Positions 50,806 to 64,000 of a stretch of 64,000 bases of DNA are shown one piece after another. Under the pieces are notes generated by a model that saw only the letters and a list, made by a program, of their open reading frames with translations, was not told the DNA's origin and searched no databases. The stretch is taken from contig OZ320319.1 in NCBI GenBank assembly GCA_976226885.1, positions 67,270,001-67,334,000 on the forward strand, read 5' to 3'. The first letter of the stretch is position 1, and every line of letters begins with the position of its first letter. The DNA is from Iphione sp. A-MEVVRFRX5 (lineage: Eukaryota). The translations under genes and the position numbers were made by a program.

Positions 50806-52155
50806 GGGCAAACAGACTATAGAGTTAAGTCCCAGTATCTACCTATTTATTAGCTAATGTTCATAATAATGGACTTATTAATCCATTTAATTTCAAAGGA
50901 CTAACAACTTGTTACTTTCAAAGCTCAATTACCTATGGTCCTATAAAGGTATCGTGCGGTAGCAGCAAGACACTAATTTTAGAAACCTCGTCTATGTTAT
51001 TAACATTGTATCTAGTAGATGCAGCACACCCTCTCCTTCATTTTGCTTTTTAAATTTTTAAAATTACACAAGTAGTTATTCAATTATAATAGATTCCATA
51101 ACACTAAAAGAGAAGAACTAGGTGAAATCTTCTCCCATAGGAACAATGTAAATAAGTGACTAAAGTGTGGCACCATGATAGATTTTCCTGAACATTTTCC
51201 TTAATTATGAAACTTCATATACAAAGGTGTTCTGATATGTCAAATTCACCAGTAACATTTAAAAAGTATTTTCATAAATTAAATTAAGCTTACATTAAGA
51301 GAGAAGAAGTATGAATATGAGTAGAGTATAAGTAAGGAGTGAGGAGTAGCTAGTTTCACTTTATTCCCCTCATACCTAATTAATAGACAATATATACACA
51401 TGTTATGCATCAAATTAAAACTTAAAGACTTGGCATTCTTTTGGTATATGGGCCTTTCTGTTACACAAGATTCTCAATGAATATTAATGTATTAGATCTT
51501 CGTACTATTTCTAAAAATGGAAATATATAAGATAGAAATTTAGTTCAAACTTTCTAAGGAAGGGTAAGGTGTCATCTACAAGGCTACGAATAATAGAAAA
51601 ATTCACTGTATGGGAAAGAGTGAGACTTTTTGGTCAAGGTGCTGTGTATGCGTCAGTATTGGACCATGTTTCAGACAGGAAATAGGTTGGCTGTGAGTGA
51701 TGGGAATTTCCCCTCACAAAATCGCTCACCGCTCACTGCTACATAGAGGTAAGTTTGTCAGTGCAAAATTAGGGTCATTTCTGTTTCATGGAGTAATAAC
51801 TTGCAAACTCTCTCTTTCCCTGAAAGACCAATGAAAGCCAAACGCATAATTCAGATAGAAATTTATTGAATGTTCAGCACTTTGGTAACACGCATCTGTG
51901 AATTACAAGACGTGAATAATAATAATGGGGATCGGCATAAGACTAGAACAACAAAATGTTTTGTGGAACCATGGACCTCTTGGAATGTGTTACGAAATAA
52001 AACAAATCCTGCAGACTCTTTGGAGGAAGGATAACCCCTCGAACCAGCCATGTTTCAGATATCATTACGTATGCAGGAATTTCTAGGATATGACAATGGA
52101 TGTATAGTTTGTCACCACCGAATGTTTAGCAAGTTTTTTTTAGTTTTTCCATCGC

Positions 52156-52355
52156 TTACACGTAGTCAATGTCCCAGTGCTGGTTGTCGCTTCCCTGGTA
52201 GTCCCACATGCACATATGCGCTCCCTTATCCGAGTCGTTGTTCTTGATGTCAAGGCACTTGCCGGGATCGCGGAGGTTAACAATTCGCGCGCCGTCGATG
52301 GCAAAGCCCTGGTTCATGTTGTTCTGGTCGAATGGGTTGACAACGATGTCACCAC
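52156..52355 (-). CDS. Lectin coding exon 5
   Basis: GTGTAG|(S)GDIVVNPFD...CLDIKNN...DNQHWDIDYV*. Confidence 0.93.
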
Positions 52356-55300
52356 CTACACAGCAGAAGTAGACGACATACTTTCAGTGGTGATTTGGGA
52401 ATTAAATGATTGGAATAAAGTGCTCATATATAAATTATAATAGATGGAACCCATAAAAAGGCAGACATCATGAAAGAATCAGACAACAGAGTAATTAAAT
52501 TAATTAAATTCACGCATTACGAGCTGGCTTTACGACGTACACATCGCTTTTCAAGTTTTGGTCCACATTGGATAAGAATCAGAAATCTAAAATGATCAAA
52601 CAGGTGTGTATTTGTTGTGGGGGCAGCTGTTGGGTCGGAAGATATAGGAAACGTATTGAAAACACTATGTGACGACTTGGTTAGGCCCTTTCCTCATTGA
52701 ATGCTACCGAGTATGTCATGTATTGAGAACACTAATATCGTCCTCCACACAGAGGGGCGAATCTGCTCACTTGAGGCATCCAGGACGAAGTCGTTGAGTT
52801 TGGAGCGAATGAGGCCATAGTGGTCCTCATACCAGAGTTGGTTGTCAGCGCCCGACTGTTCCCACATAATGACGTCAGTATCCGCGTCAGGACTAGCCCC
52901 GTCGATGTCCAGAACAAGGCCGTTTAGGGCGGAACGGATGAAGAAATAGGCTTGGTCCCTATTTGAAATGGGAGTAGGGGTAATTGAGTAAATGTACGTT
53001 TTGGTTCCCCATGACACTACAGGCACTGTTGTATGCTACAATATATATAGCAATGATAACAACGAAGAGGATGTCACAAAAAAAGGTGTGGCCAGACAAC
53101 TTTGTGCAGTTGGTCAAACTGAAAGAAAATATTTTGCATTTGTCAAAGATATAAAAGGAGCAACCGTTTTATATTTCGGGTAACAATATTAACATTTAAT
53201 ATTCGTGAGAAAGTTTTTAACTGGGGTTACATTAATTTCAGGCTATGACCGCCACACTTAAGTAACATTCAATGATGGAACATGTTTTTGATGGGGAGCA
53301 CTCAAAGTGAGCTCTGATAACTCAAGTAAGGGGAGAGGTAAAACATGTGGTGATAACGTGGAAAATATTATTGGGCCTTACAGATAGTTGAAGGACCAGA
53401 CTTGGTTGTTTCCACCGTTGAAATCATAGAGGCAGACGCGAGCGCCCTCACAGTCGTCACAGTTCGCCACGTCGAGAACCTACGGAAGAAAAAGGTCAGC
53501 TTATCATCCTCCCAAATGTCTGCGTTAAGACGACACATGTCGTGGGCAAACATGCAGAGTACATGTGCACATGTACGTTGATTTTGTATAAGGCCACAAA
53601 AAAATAGGTGTGTTTCTGGTAACGACCAGCCAAAAACCTAGGTAGGGAGGGGGGGTATCTTTTTTTTCTTTTCATTTTTTTCAACTTTCTTCCTCTGGTT
53701 TTCAATAATAATAAAGACAATATGAAGAAATGAGAACAATTTGCATGAGTTTTACAGTTTTTTTATTGAATTTCCATGGGTTTTGTTGTTTTTCCACTGA
53801 ATTTACCAAAAATATCCATGATGAAACACATACCTAAGGAAATTCAGCCTTGGAATATAGAAGTAATCCAGTACAAAGGCATAGCCTTTTTTTTGAAAAC
53901 ATGTTGCCACGCTCGTGAATAAACTCTTACAAAGCTAACGTGAAATGATATGTGGAAAAAACAGACACGAAAGGCGGGTGACTCATGTCTACCAACTTAA
54001 AATAGAATTGACAATTGAGACTCTAACATGGGAAGCTGCAGGTGGCAGCAGTGTCTGTTTGCACTTGCGGTGACAAAGAATATAAATGAAATCTGTCACG
54101 GTAATAATACATGTAATCTACATGGAAACTGCATGAAGAATCAGCATGGTTCCCTTACATTTGACACTGATATTGAGGATGGAAATAATCCATTAAAGCA
54201 ACGTTCCCTTTCCCACTCCTGACAGCCCGTTTTATATGAATACTCCTGGAGTCTGCAGGGAAATACATGTACACGTATGGAATCATTTTGTATGTAAGCA
54301 GGCTCAAAGTTGAGAGCCAAAAAATTAATCAATTTCTCGTCTCTTTAGGCTCAGAGCAAAACAAGGGCAACTGAAATGTAAATGCGGGTACGCTTAGTTC
54401 ACTTTGACGCGGTTTCGTCTGTGGAAATAGCCAGTTTACCTTGCCGGGATCTGCAAGCATGTGGACACGGTCATCTCCACACAGCAGCTTCTGGCTGACG
54501 CTGCCTTCATCGTGTGGGTTGATCACAAGATCGCCATCTAGAAACAAAACAAGGACACGGTTAATACATGTGAGTGCAAGGCCGGGCACAAGGCACCGCC
54601 TGTCTTTCGACATTGTTAAATCGCGAGTTTAGAATGTTTCGCACGTGTTCGCATCAAAATGGGGTATACATGGGCACGTAGATGCCGCCACTATGGTCAG
54701 TAATTAATTCACGTTATTCTGCGTCCTTCTAGTTCCATGCTTTATTGCCTGCTATTGGACGTAGTGCATTTTGTCTGATACAGTCGGCCCACCCGCCAGC
54801 AAGGCTGATGGTTTCCTGTGAATGCGTTCAGGTGTGGGAGGTGTTCGGGTATGAGGTCCCTCTGATGCATGTCCTGACACATTGTCCTGACCCAGCCCCA
54901 AACCACTGTTTTTCAGTAATTGTCACACTTGGTACACTCAGCCCTTAGTATATGGAGTATTAGAGTACTTGTACCTTCAATTTGTGCAATATCAAGCGTT
55001 CATGTTCAGAAAGGGAATCGTTTGAAAACCCGTACCGTTTGGTTCCTGATCACGGCATTCGGATATGAGATTAGTTTAGATGTGCTGCGTCTGGATAGAG
55101 TGGGCTGACTGTATATAGCTTTTATGTGATTAGGCCTACAATGAAAAAAATCGATCCTTCCCTCTGGCCTGTTTGACCTTTGTTTTGCAAAACTATTGTT
55201 TTGCGAATAACTTGAGAATGAGTAATGTTAGAGATTAACAATGGAAAAGTACATGTATATTGAAAAATATTTTTTAAAAACAAAAAAACACTGACCTACC

Positions 55301-55651
55301 AACACTACTTTTTTTACCTTAGCGGGAATACAGATATAATTTGGGTGGGCCCTACCAGAAGAGCACTCTGTGTCAAACTACGATTTAATGGTAGAAACAA
55401 TACTAGGTGTCTGCAAAACCACTATGTAAGAATGATACCGACTGTTAGCACTTACCAGAATCAATGTCCAAGACATAATCGTGGTTGAGCTTTGAGCGGA
55501 TGACCCCAGAATAAATGTCCTGGTACCAGAGCTGGTTATCCTGGCCGTTGTGCTGCCAGGTGACCACGCGGGTGCCTGGCTCGGCCCTGGCGCCCTCTAC
55601 GTCAAGGACGTATCCGTTGAGGGCGCTGGCGATCGTGAAGTATGTGGGCAT
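52156..55651 (-). CDS. Tandem-repeat ricin-B (R-type) lectin, EW29-like, 259 aa; exons 55651-55456, 54537-54440, 53479-53382, 52958-52771, 52355-52156
   Basis: All junctions are GT-AG and in phase (1,0,2,1); the CDS totals 780 nt. Two beta-trefoil domains each carry YF.I.SALNG.VLD.....DNQLWY.D...IRSKLN and LD....NQ.W motifs. No signal peptide. AATAAA on the minus strand at 51862-51867. Confidence 0.93.
52771..52958 (-). CDS. Lectin coding exon 4
   Basis: AAATAG|(L)DQAYFFIRSALNGLVLDIDG...NQLWYED...FVLDAS|GTGAGC. Confidence 0.93.
53382..53479 (-). CDS. Lectin coding exon 3
   Basis: TTCCGTAG|VLDVANCDDCEGARVCLYDFNGGNNQVWSFNY|GTAAGG. Confidence 0.9.
53589..53850. mobile_element. Truncated copy of the 25598-25954 MITE family in lectin intron 2
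   Basis: TAAGGCCACAAAAAAATAGGTGTGTTTCTGGTAAC...CCTAAGGAAATTCAGCC, colinear with 25598-25860. Confidence 0.82.
54440..54537 (-). CDS. Lectin coding exon 2
   Basis: TTTCTAG|(D)GDLVINPHDEG...LADPGK|GTAAAC. Confidence 0.9.
55456..55651 (-). CDS. Lectin coding exon 1
   Basis: MPTYFTIASALNGYVLDVEG...DNQLWYQD...VLDIDS; donor G|GTAAGT. Confidence 0.93.
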
Positions 55652-56087
55652 GCTTTCATAGGGCGGAAGATAATATGTTTGAAGAATTAGTTTATTTCGT
55701 CAATTTAATGATCTGGTCGGTTCATTGATCTTAAGCACTATCGGAACTTTTGCCGTCCATGAGCGAGTTTTAGCAATTATCTGCGGACAAAATGATAAAT
55801 AGTATCTAATCTTCCAAATGCAGTTTACCAGAAAATATGTCGTTCAGAAACAGCAAGATACATGCGTTGTACAAAATGTTCTACATTATCTTTAAGTCAA
55901 AATGTATGAGTAGCCTATTCTAAAAAAAAGTAATCACAAGTATCGGATTTCTCTTATACCGACATTAGTATTTATAAGCTGTTATCAAATATCACTGAAT
56001 TGATTCGATGGAGAGGTTAGTAGAAAATGAAATCTTATGCAGTAAGATGGCTGCTAACATATTGGTGACAATATGGTGGTGAGCGAT

Positions 56088-56159
56088 GTTAGAATAAGCA
56101 TCCCGTCAGGGGTGATAGCAATTCAGCTCAATAAAAAACTTGAAACTTGAAAACTTGAA
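56088..56159 (+). mobile_element. Extreme 3' end of a CR1-type LINE/SINE with an (AAACTTG)n tail
   Basis: GGGTGATAGCAATTCAGCTCAATAAAAAACTTGAAACTTGAAAACTTGAA resembles the 3' end at 15741-15800. Confidence 0.55.
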
Positions 56160-58459
56160 TATTCCCCATAGCCTTGACTAACCCCCCATTAGAGCCAATT
56201 ATAACTTTTTTTCTTTTCTTGTAATAATCTTTGAAATGAATAATGATAAAGACTCATACTACATCATTGTGTTCCGTACACGAGTAGCTTCCATTTGGAA
56301 TAAGTTTCATTAAGATCTAAGCAATAGAAGTGATACTGCCATATACATTTGTAATTTTTGGTATGAATTAACACGGGGAAATGTTTTTAAAGATTCTAAC
56401 GCTGATTCGTGTATCTATTGGCTTACCATTATTTCTCTGTGTGATTTCAACAAGACTCTTACATCAATTCCTATTCCTTTTTCACTCATATTTCCACTTT
56501 GAGTGTTTCTGAACGCGAATTCCATTGGTTAGAATGGCTTTTCACCACGTTTCCCCACACTCCCGTTTGATTTTTTTTTAATATGGAGGGTGAATATTCT
56601 ATAATGAACAGCACGTGTGAGACTGCCTATAACGTGTAGGATTATCTACCATTGCAAGAGCCCTTGAACGGTAAGGAGGGCTTTTGGCTCAGGTGCATGT
56701 ATACCGGTATCTTTGTAGATGTGATTATAGGTCTTTATCTGGTCGACGTGGCCACCCTTTTACCTATCACAAGTGCAGCTCAGAAAGCATACGGCCAAAC
56801 CAAGCGAGTGGCACACAGGTCAGCAGTTCATCTGTTATCAGGACTCGGGAAAAATCAATTTATGGCAGATAAACCTTATCATGTTGTCGCCTTTTTGGTA
56901 GAAGAGCAGAGTACGGCCCCTCGTCTCTACAACCATTTCTCTATTATTTTATTCTTCTTGTTAGTTTGGTAACTTTGTGTGTATGTTATATATAAGTATT
57001 TAGGAGTTAGATGCATCAAAACTCACTGGAAACCGGGCTGTGTGAGTTGTGCTTTATTGAATACATAAAGTCCAACATTTTGTCTGTGTGGTATACGTCT
57101 CCGGGGGCATGCATGTACATATTCTAACGGTTTATTTTGCTAATTCAGAAGCGATTAGAAGTCTGCTAAGTAGGGATTGGCTTTTGACAGTAACTGGAAC
57201 TGAGTATTAGCAATTCCCTCGAAAACATGTACACATATTGCCTATGGATTATCCATGGGTTTCGTCTATACATATACATGTACACGCATTTCTATTGATA
57301 AAAACGATACGGGAATGTGGCAAATGGCTTGCCCCATGTCAGGAAATAGTATTACACGAGTTGGTTCTATCAATGTTAAACTTAGCCTACGTGCAGCCTT
57401 TGAGGGTACAAGAAAAATAACGTGCTGATTATATACGTTTTAGAGAAAACAACTATTGCGGCAAACACGACGGTTGCCTTGATATGACGAGAATGACACG
57501 GCCATGTTGAAAAGGTATTTCATTTAAATTATCTTTCCTTCATCCTTCTGCTGCATGTTTAAGTAAGGAGATCTACACAAAATATCAGCAAATACCACAT
57601 ATCTAGGTACAGTTAACCTACCAAAATTTCGAATTTAAAAAATATTCTCTCTTCATTTATTCTTTTGTTTGTCAGGATGAAACATTGCATAAGCTCTTGC
57701 TCTAAATGATATTTAACAATTATAGAAATAATTCAAAGGAAGACTTCAAGAAAACATAATAAATCTGCAGGATCCTCAGCATGCAATGGTATCAAACACA
57801 GCTGATCTTGAGGTGTACGTAGAGGCAAATGCATCTATAGTATGGACCACTTTACAATATCATTCCCTAAATAACTATATACATTTATTGGGCCAAAGGA
57901 ACAAGGCACAGTACCAGCCAACGCTGCATACACAGATAAGTTATCTGCATCCACACAACGTCCTTACCACTCGAACATAGGCCAAATCCCCCACGCTTGC
58001 ATTCTAAGTAGCGTCCAAACAGATCGAAACCCGGACCGTGAGCCTAGGCTCTGTGCGGCATATTTACCATCGATAACGTGATTATGCAACAAATTTGAGC
58101 GTGATAAGATACGATATAGTGAGTCAAAGGTAGAGGGAACTGTTTTATTTGGATCGAATCGTTTGAAAAATGTTGGTAACATATAGGATCTTCTATTTGA
58201 GAGAATATTACGTACCTTTGTATAACAATTTTTCTTGATTTGTTGTATTCTACAATGCAATGTTTGTAGTCTATTTTTGTGTGTCCTAGTCTCAACAAGT
58301 ATGTTACAGTGCAAAAACAGGGGAAAATTTAAAATGTGCAAAAAAAATCAGAGTGCAATCAATCAGAGTGGCATTTATGTTTAGATATAGAAAATACACG
58401 AAAATTATCAGGAGGGTATTGAAATCTAGCACGTCCACATATAGGTAATATCCACTTAC

Positions 58460-58582
58460 TTTGTTAGTGACGACTGGTCCTGATCGAGTGCACAGATGAC
58501 GTGAAACGTTGGACAGAGTGAGCTAAGGGATGACCTCCCGACTTTTATATCGTGGCTCAAGGATGTGTGCTTGACAACCAAT
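58460..58582 (-). promoter_or_regulatory. Putative lectin promoter and non-coding first exon
   Basis: Read along the minus strand: inverted CCAAT (58578-58582), TATAAAAG (58549-58542), Inr-like TCACTCT (~58521-58515), then a ~60-nt exon ending in a GTAAGT donor (58459-58454). A plausible acceptor (AAAG|C ATG) lies just before the ATG at 55651. Confidence 0.6.
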
Positions 58583-61500
58583 CACGATGATCGTCTTATC
58601 TCTGAGTCAATCTTAATCCATCCGTCCACATAGTGCTTAACTAATACGGCATTTCATACAGATATATAAAGCAATTTCTCGATGTACCGTATATAAAAAC
58701 GAAGTTACACTTTTATCATTTCCTTGATCTACCCAATCCCTTTACATTCTAGTTAATGGCTTCAGGTAAGGTTCCGCATAACGTACTTCCTATCCACAAT
58801 CTGATGGCCATTCTAATGACTGGGGAGGGGGCGGAGGCCTGGTACCTCTGTACCGTGATAATTACATGTACATGTACATGTGATCCTTATTTGTGGATTT
58901 TTTTTATATTGCGTGAGGAGGCCTTCCACCTCGTTGTAACAGTCTATATCCTTCTCTAATTAATGACACGTTGTACCCTTCCCTCACTGGCGTTCACATG
59001 TTACTTCTGTGTTATATAGATCTGACTCTTTGCAGAAGAGGAGCCCGGCAAATTTCTAAATCAGCAATTGTAACTCATGCTCAAATGAGCATCATTTTAG
59101 TTCATATTATGCAGTCAAATGTCACCTGAGAGACAGGTCTGAAATAGGGACAGACCTTAAATTAGGAGAGTTTGGTAAAGAACAAAATTATTTCCTATGC
59201 CTCAGGTCTCTAAAATGGCTTCTATAAGGACGGTGAAAGGAGTATTGTTGCCTTCAGTTAAAATTAGCCTTTCAACGATAGATGCTTGAAGACACAGGGT
59301 AGATATCTACACCTTATTGTATATACCCAAGTGCCACATACAAGATTGGGTTCCCAAAAGGTTTTATATCTTCTCAGCCAATCAGAGCACAGAGGTCATT
59401 TTTTGAAATAATACCATTGTGTGGTTGCACACCTGTTAAAACAATTGATATGATCACTCTTAACTGCGGACATCCCTCATACCAAACGCATCCCTTTTAT
59501 TCAACACATCTCCACTTAGGGCCAGTTTCCATCACTTTTGTAAATGTGTTCCCCTACATTTGCCTTCCATGTGCATTTGTGGGCATTTTTTGCCATGCAG
59601 CCTCACGAACAGGGGTATACCTCTAATGACCAGTGTGGGCAAGTGCAGGCCAGTACATTTAATGACTGGAAAAGTAAAAAGTAAGCCCAAAATAGCTTAT
59701 TTCATGGACAGTCAGCCTAGGAATGACAATTTTCATGGAAAGTCAGTCTAGAAATGGTGAAAATGACCAGGAAAATTCCAGAAAAAGATGAAGTTGTGCA
59801 TAACCATGTGTAAATGTGCACAGATCATGTTGACAGTGAAGAAAGATAAAGAATTATGAAGAAATAGCAGAGTGTTGCTGTGTGTGTGCAGAAAATTATC
59901 AGGCATGCACCTTAATTAGATATCACTGGTCCAATAAAAATGCATGAAAATTGCACCCGGACACCAACACAGGTATGAAAACCAGGCTTAATCAACTACA
60001 CCTTCCCCAACTCAAAATTCTCACCTCCTCTCCCCACATGAGCAGGGCCTCTTCAATGGAACATGATTACCTTTCACTGAACATGACCCCCTTAACTGAA
60101 TAAAAAAAACTGTTAAAAGAACCTGACGTCCGAAACTGATAATGACCCTACTACCATAAAAACAGTTCATTTTACGGAAAGCTCTGGCAAGGTCATGACG
60201 GATTGATTGTCATGAGTTTCTGTATCTTTCCATGCCTTCTCCAACCCTTCTCCATGTGGTCATATGTACATACAGGGTAACACATAAGGATTAAATCTGC
60301 ATAAAATGCATTGGAGGCTAATTTCAATCCACAGATACCAGGTGTAATGTCGACTCATAAATATAGGGACACACACGAACGCTGACCACAAGCCTGTACC
60401 GCCAAATCTTTATCATGGAGTCTCTGACTGTTAAGCAATGTAAGGAGAGGTCTTTCGCCTCAAGAAGAGCACAATGATAACTTTCTTCATGTAAATGGAA
60501 TTTTGATTATGTGCGTACTTCAAGAGCATGTGTTCATGCAATAATGGGTGAGCTAGTTTGCTATGTTGAAATAATATGCTGACCATGAAGATGTAATGTA
60601 CAAAATAACAATAAAAATTTCTCTTCCTTCTGTTGCATGCCTACTCATAATACTCTATCTTTGGAACTTTCGTGTGCATAAAAGTCAGGATGGTGGGCGG
60701 AAATAGAGGAAGCAAACACTTAGTAGGAGTGCCCCACGTCGTTTGGCGTTGATTATCAGCAAACTTTGGTCAGACTATCGTGAGTTCATCGCCAACAAAC
60801 ATTGATAAAGAGTAATCCAGACAGCGAAGGAATAGAAATTAACCACAGGTATTTACTCTATCTCGTATGAGACTGTTAGAAATGGGATAATATTATTGAG
60901 AAACAAATATTCACACAGATAAGATGATACAGCGTAGGCAGGTAGTCACACCGTTGAAAAGTAGGACATCATAACGTTCGCCGTACTTTTATGTGTGTTT
61001 GAATACTATTAATTAATTTTAGTAAACTAGCTGTTCTAGTAAACTACCACTAGCTGTGCTACATTTGGATACGTTACACGACATTAAAAGCCAGGTGAGG
61101 CTTCTTTTTAAAAACCGAGAGTTTTTTAACAATCAGTTTATTAATATACATGTGTGATAATAGAGCAATACTGCAACGCCTCATTCTAATCAAATTTGAT
61201 TGGAACATGGCAGCTGGATTACCAAAGGATTACCGTACGTTCTGTGTGTGTGGTTTGTGTTTGCTTATGCACCTTTCCACAAAGCTTATTTAGATTCAGT
61301 CGAACCTCAGTTGGACAAACGCACAGGGGTGACTAAGGGAGAAAGAGTGACCAATATTGGCCAGGCCTAAGGGTGGTCACCTCTGTGCAGGTCGCCTCCG
61401 CAGGTTGTTCTCCCCTGTGGGTGTATGATCAGATATACAATGTGCTGAAAGATGTGTGGCTAGATGTATGGTGAGGTGCACAGAGCGGTTGGGGAGTTAG

Positions 61501-64000
61501 AAGTCAGCACAGCAGGATGGCAGGGGTAAACGATAGGACATCCGGGGTAGAAGGTAGGATGGCAGGGGTAGAAAGCAGGATAGAAGGTTTAGAAGACAGT
61601 ATCGTCGGGATACAAGACAGGATGGCGTTAGCTATTCCTTCTTTCTTGTGCACAACAAACAATTGTCTAGAGAGAGGTCCCTCTACATAATTGCCTTGGT
61701 TTGACCTTGGTCGGCTCTGTTAAGCAAAATAGTATTATCAAGACTCTAATTTGGTCTATCCCCCAGTTGAAGAGATACTGCAACTGTAGTAGAGTATCAC
61801 AACCGGGCACACCTTTGGTTTCCAGTGTATCCACTTAAGGGATGCGTCCGTTCTGGATGGCACCATGTATAGCCCAAACATTACGTTTATCTGGCCCAAC
61901 GTATGCCAGTTTAAGAGAGTCTCCCTGTTTTCATGGCAATTATTTCTCACTAACATGGATACTAATAATTGATAGAATAGGAACCAGTGTATTGTGAAAA
62001 GAAGAAAACGTATCAAAACTCTGAGTAAGTTTCTCAGAATTACAAAATGATCCACGGGCACTGTCTAATTTTAATCAATCCAGAACCCAAACGTGTCGAA
62101 TTCATCATAGATAAAGGGGTTACCGCGATGGTTGGATGGACACCAGTTCTACTCATAAACACACAGTACTTGCACTTACTACACCCATCAATTATACCCA
62201 ATACACACACTAGTTAGGTTACTTGCGCACAAGAGTTAACCATACCGGAGGGACCGATGCAGCATGAACGGTTATGACATATTCTATGAACATAGGATAG
62301 CAGATCTTACTATGCTTGGCTCCAGTCATCAAAGTTGCATGTCTCGTAATTTGTTCCACAAGTAATTTTCTTGTTGTGTGGTGCTTCTCGCATGCAAAAT
62401 ATTATATTTTTGGTGTTACACATTATTAACTTGACGTGATAAATTGAGAGCCATATGGGATATAATATTTCAATATAAGTATCGTTAACTTTCTTTTCAT
62501 CTTACTTAAAACATCTCATTTATCGTGTTTTTCATCTAGTTTGGAAGTAAGGTACTTGAACTACACACATTTTATATTTCGTAGTATACCCCTAGATATG
62601 TAACCAATATATCATGTTCAGACGAAGCTTCATGATATTCAATGACTTTTAGGCAACCAGCAAGTACCTACTGCTGTTAAAACCTGTAATATTCACACTT
62701 ATGTATGCAAGAAAACCTGCGGACAGTGGATCATCATCCCAGGTATATGGAATATATGAATCATATATGTATATAACAAGGCATAGCATCTCAATGGATG
62801 TTCCCATAGTCACCTCAGAGCAACAATCACTGTTGCCTAGCATTGTGTTCTTTCTCAACGTTCACAGGGATAATACGTCATTCAACTGAGAAGATTTTTC
62901 TTTGCTTGATTATGAATAAAGGAGAGTTCCTTTGCACGCCACTCTGTGTTCATGTTATTACTTGTATTTTAATGAGTGATATGCTTATACATCTATATGC
63001 ATTATGTCTTGACACGTAGGTTTGTGCCACATGTTGCCCCTATGCATCTGGAGGTGTGAATATGTATGCATGGAAAACCCACTTTTCATGAGGATATATT
63101 GACCAAGGATGAATTGACAAGGCATTAATTGGTGATGCTGGGAGTGGCTAATGGATCAAATGCAGTCCTGAGCAAACCGTGTTGTGACACAAACTTACGA
63201 GGGTTTATAGTCGAGGGAGGGTGCACAAGGAGCCACTCGTTCATGCCAGTCACTGGCGTCAAGTGAATATATGGTCACATAAGCTTTTTGTCCACCAACG
63301 GGAACCATCCGGAGCTTGTCAACAGCGGCTCCCTCTTTTTGACAACCCATCTGGCTTCCATACTGCTCGGTGTAGATCGACCTGAAAATATGAATTGAGC
63401 AAAAAACGCCTTTTTTTATTCTTTAAAGTGAATTTTGTAACACTAAACCCTTCGCCCGTTATGTCTATCTGGATTCTGTACCGGGTTGATCCATACAGAA
63501 GTGATGTACTATTTAGAACCCACCTGGGTCCAGTTTTGGCACGCGGAATCCATACAGAGAATCGCATGGTTTCAGAGGGAATCATTCTCCATGGAAAGGG
63601 GAAACTGGTTCCCATACAGAACCCATACGAGACCCAGTACAAACGTTTGTCAGACAATGCATACACGTGACCCATACACATCAATGCATCCCTCAATATC
63701 ATACATTGATGCATGGTAGACGAAATTCAATGAACATACTTCTCATATCTCTGTGAACATGAGAGTTGTAATCCCATTTTCCTATCACCGTGTGTAGTCC
63801 ACTACGTATTAGTTATCCTCCTTTTCATTATTGGACGGTTGCGTCACTTGAAAGTGTTCACATCTTGCCCTGCCATCTGTTGTTTAGTGGTGACTGTTTT
63901 GAACGGAACAGTAGTTTCGATACAGGCGATACTTGACAGTTGCTCAAAACTGCACCGTCAGGTGAGTAGTTTATGAAAGCCTCGCTTGTTAGTTCTGAAC

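Noticed and set aside
56636-57120. Possible additional solo LTR (TATATAAG at ~56988, ATAAAG at ~57066)
   Set aside because: Termini and TSD could not be defined.
61756-62061. 101-aa minus-strand ORF with a hydrophobic N-terminus
   Set aside because: No recognisable motif, no convincing splice sites, and no partner exons.
63280-63720. Possible Harbinger-like MITE and three overlapping ORFs
   Set aside because: The TIR match is too weak to call and the ORFs have no domain signal.

Overview
AT-rich, intron-containing animal genomic DNA. The host is probably an annelid or another lophotrochozoan; this is inferred only from the resemblance of both genes to earthworm proteins. Two complete multi-exon genes were reconstructed by hand on the minus strand. 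The first is a 259-aa tandem-repeat ricin-B (R-type, EW29-like) lectin with 5 coding exons (55651-52156), plus a likely non-coding first exon and a CCAAT/TATA promoter near 58.5 kb. The second is a 252-aa secreted chymotrypsin-like S1A serine protease with 5 exons (49027-30321). One orphan coding exon with type II membrane topology lies at 20169-19910. The rest is dense in transposable elements: several CR1/L2-type LINEs, a Penelope remnant, an internally deleted Ngaro/PAT-type tyrosine-recombinase retrotransposon with intact split direct repeats, a decayed intron-containing Crypton, piggyBac-, Tc1/mariner- and Harbinger-like MITEs, possible solo LTRs and minisatellites. The most notable observations are (1) a decayed NADAR + SGNH-hydrolase fusion ORF at 26.3-27.5 kb that looks like mobile-element cargo, and (2) a near-perfect 363-bp tandem duplication of protease exon 2 that leaves one exon copy enclosed between the TIRs of a Tc1/mariner MITE. 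No CRISPR, rRNA or tRNA genes were found.
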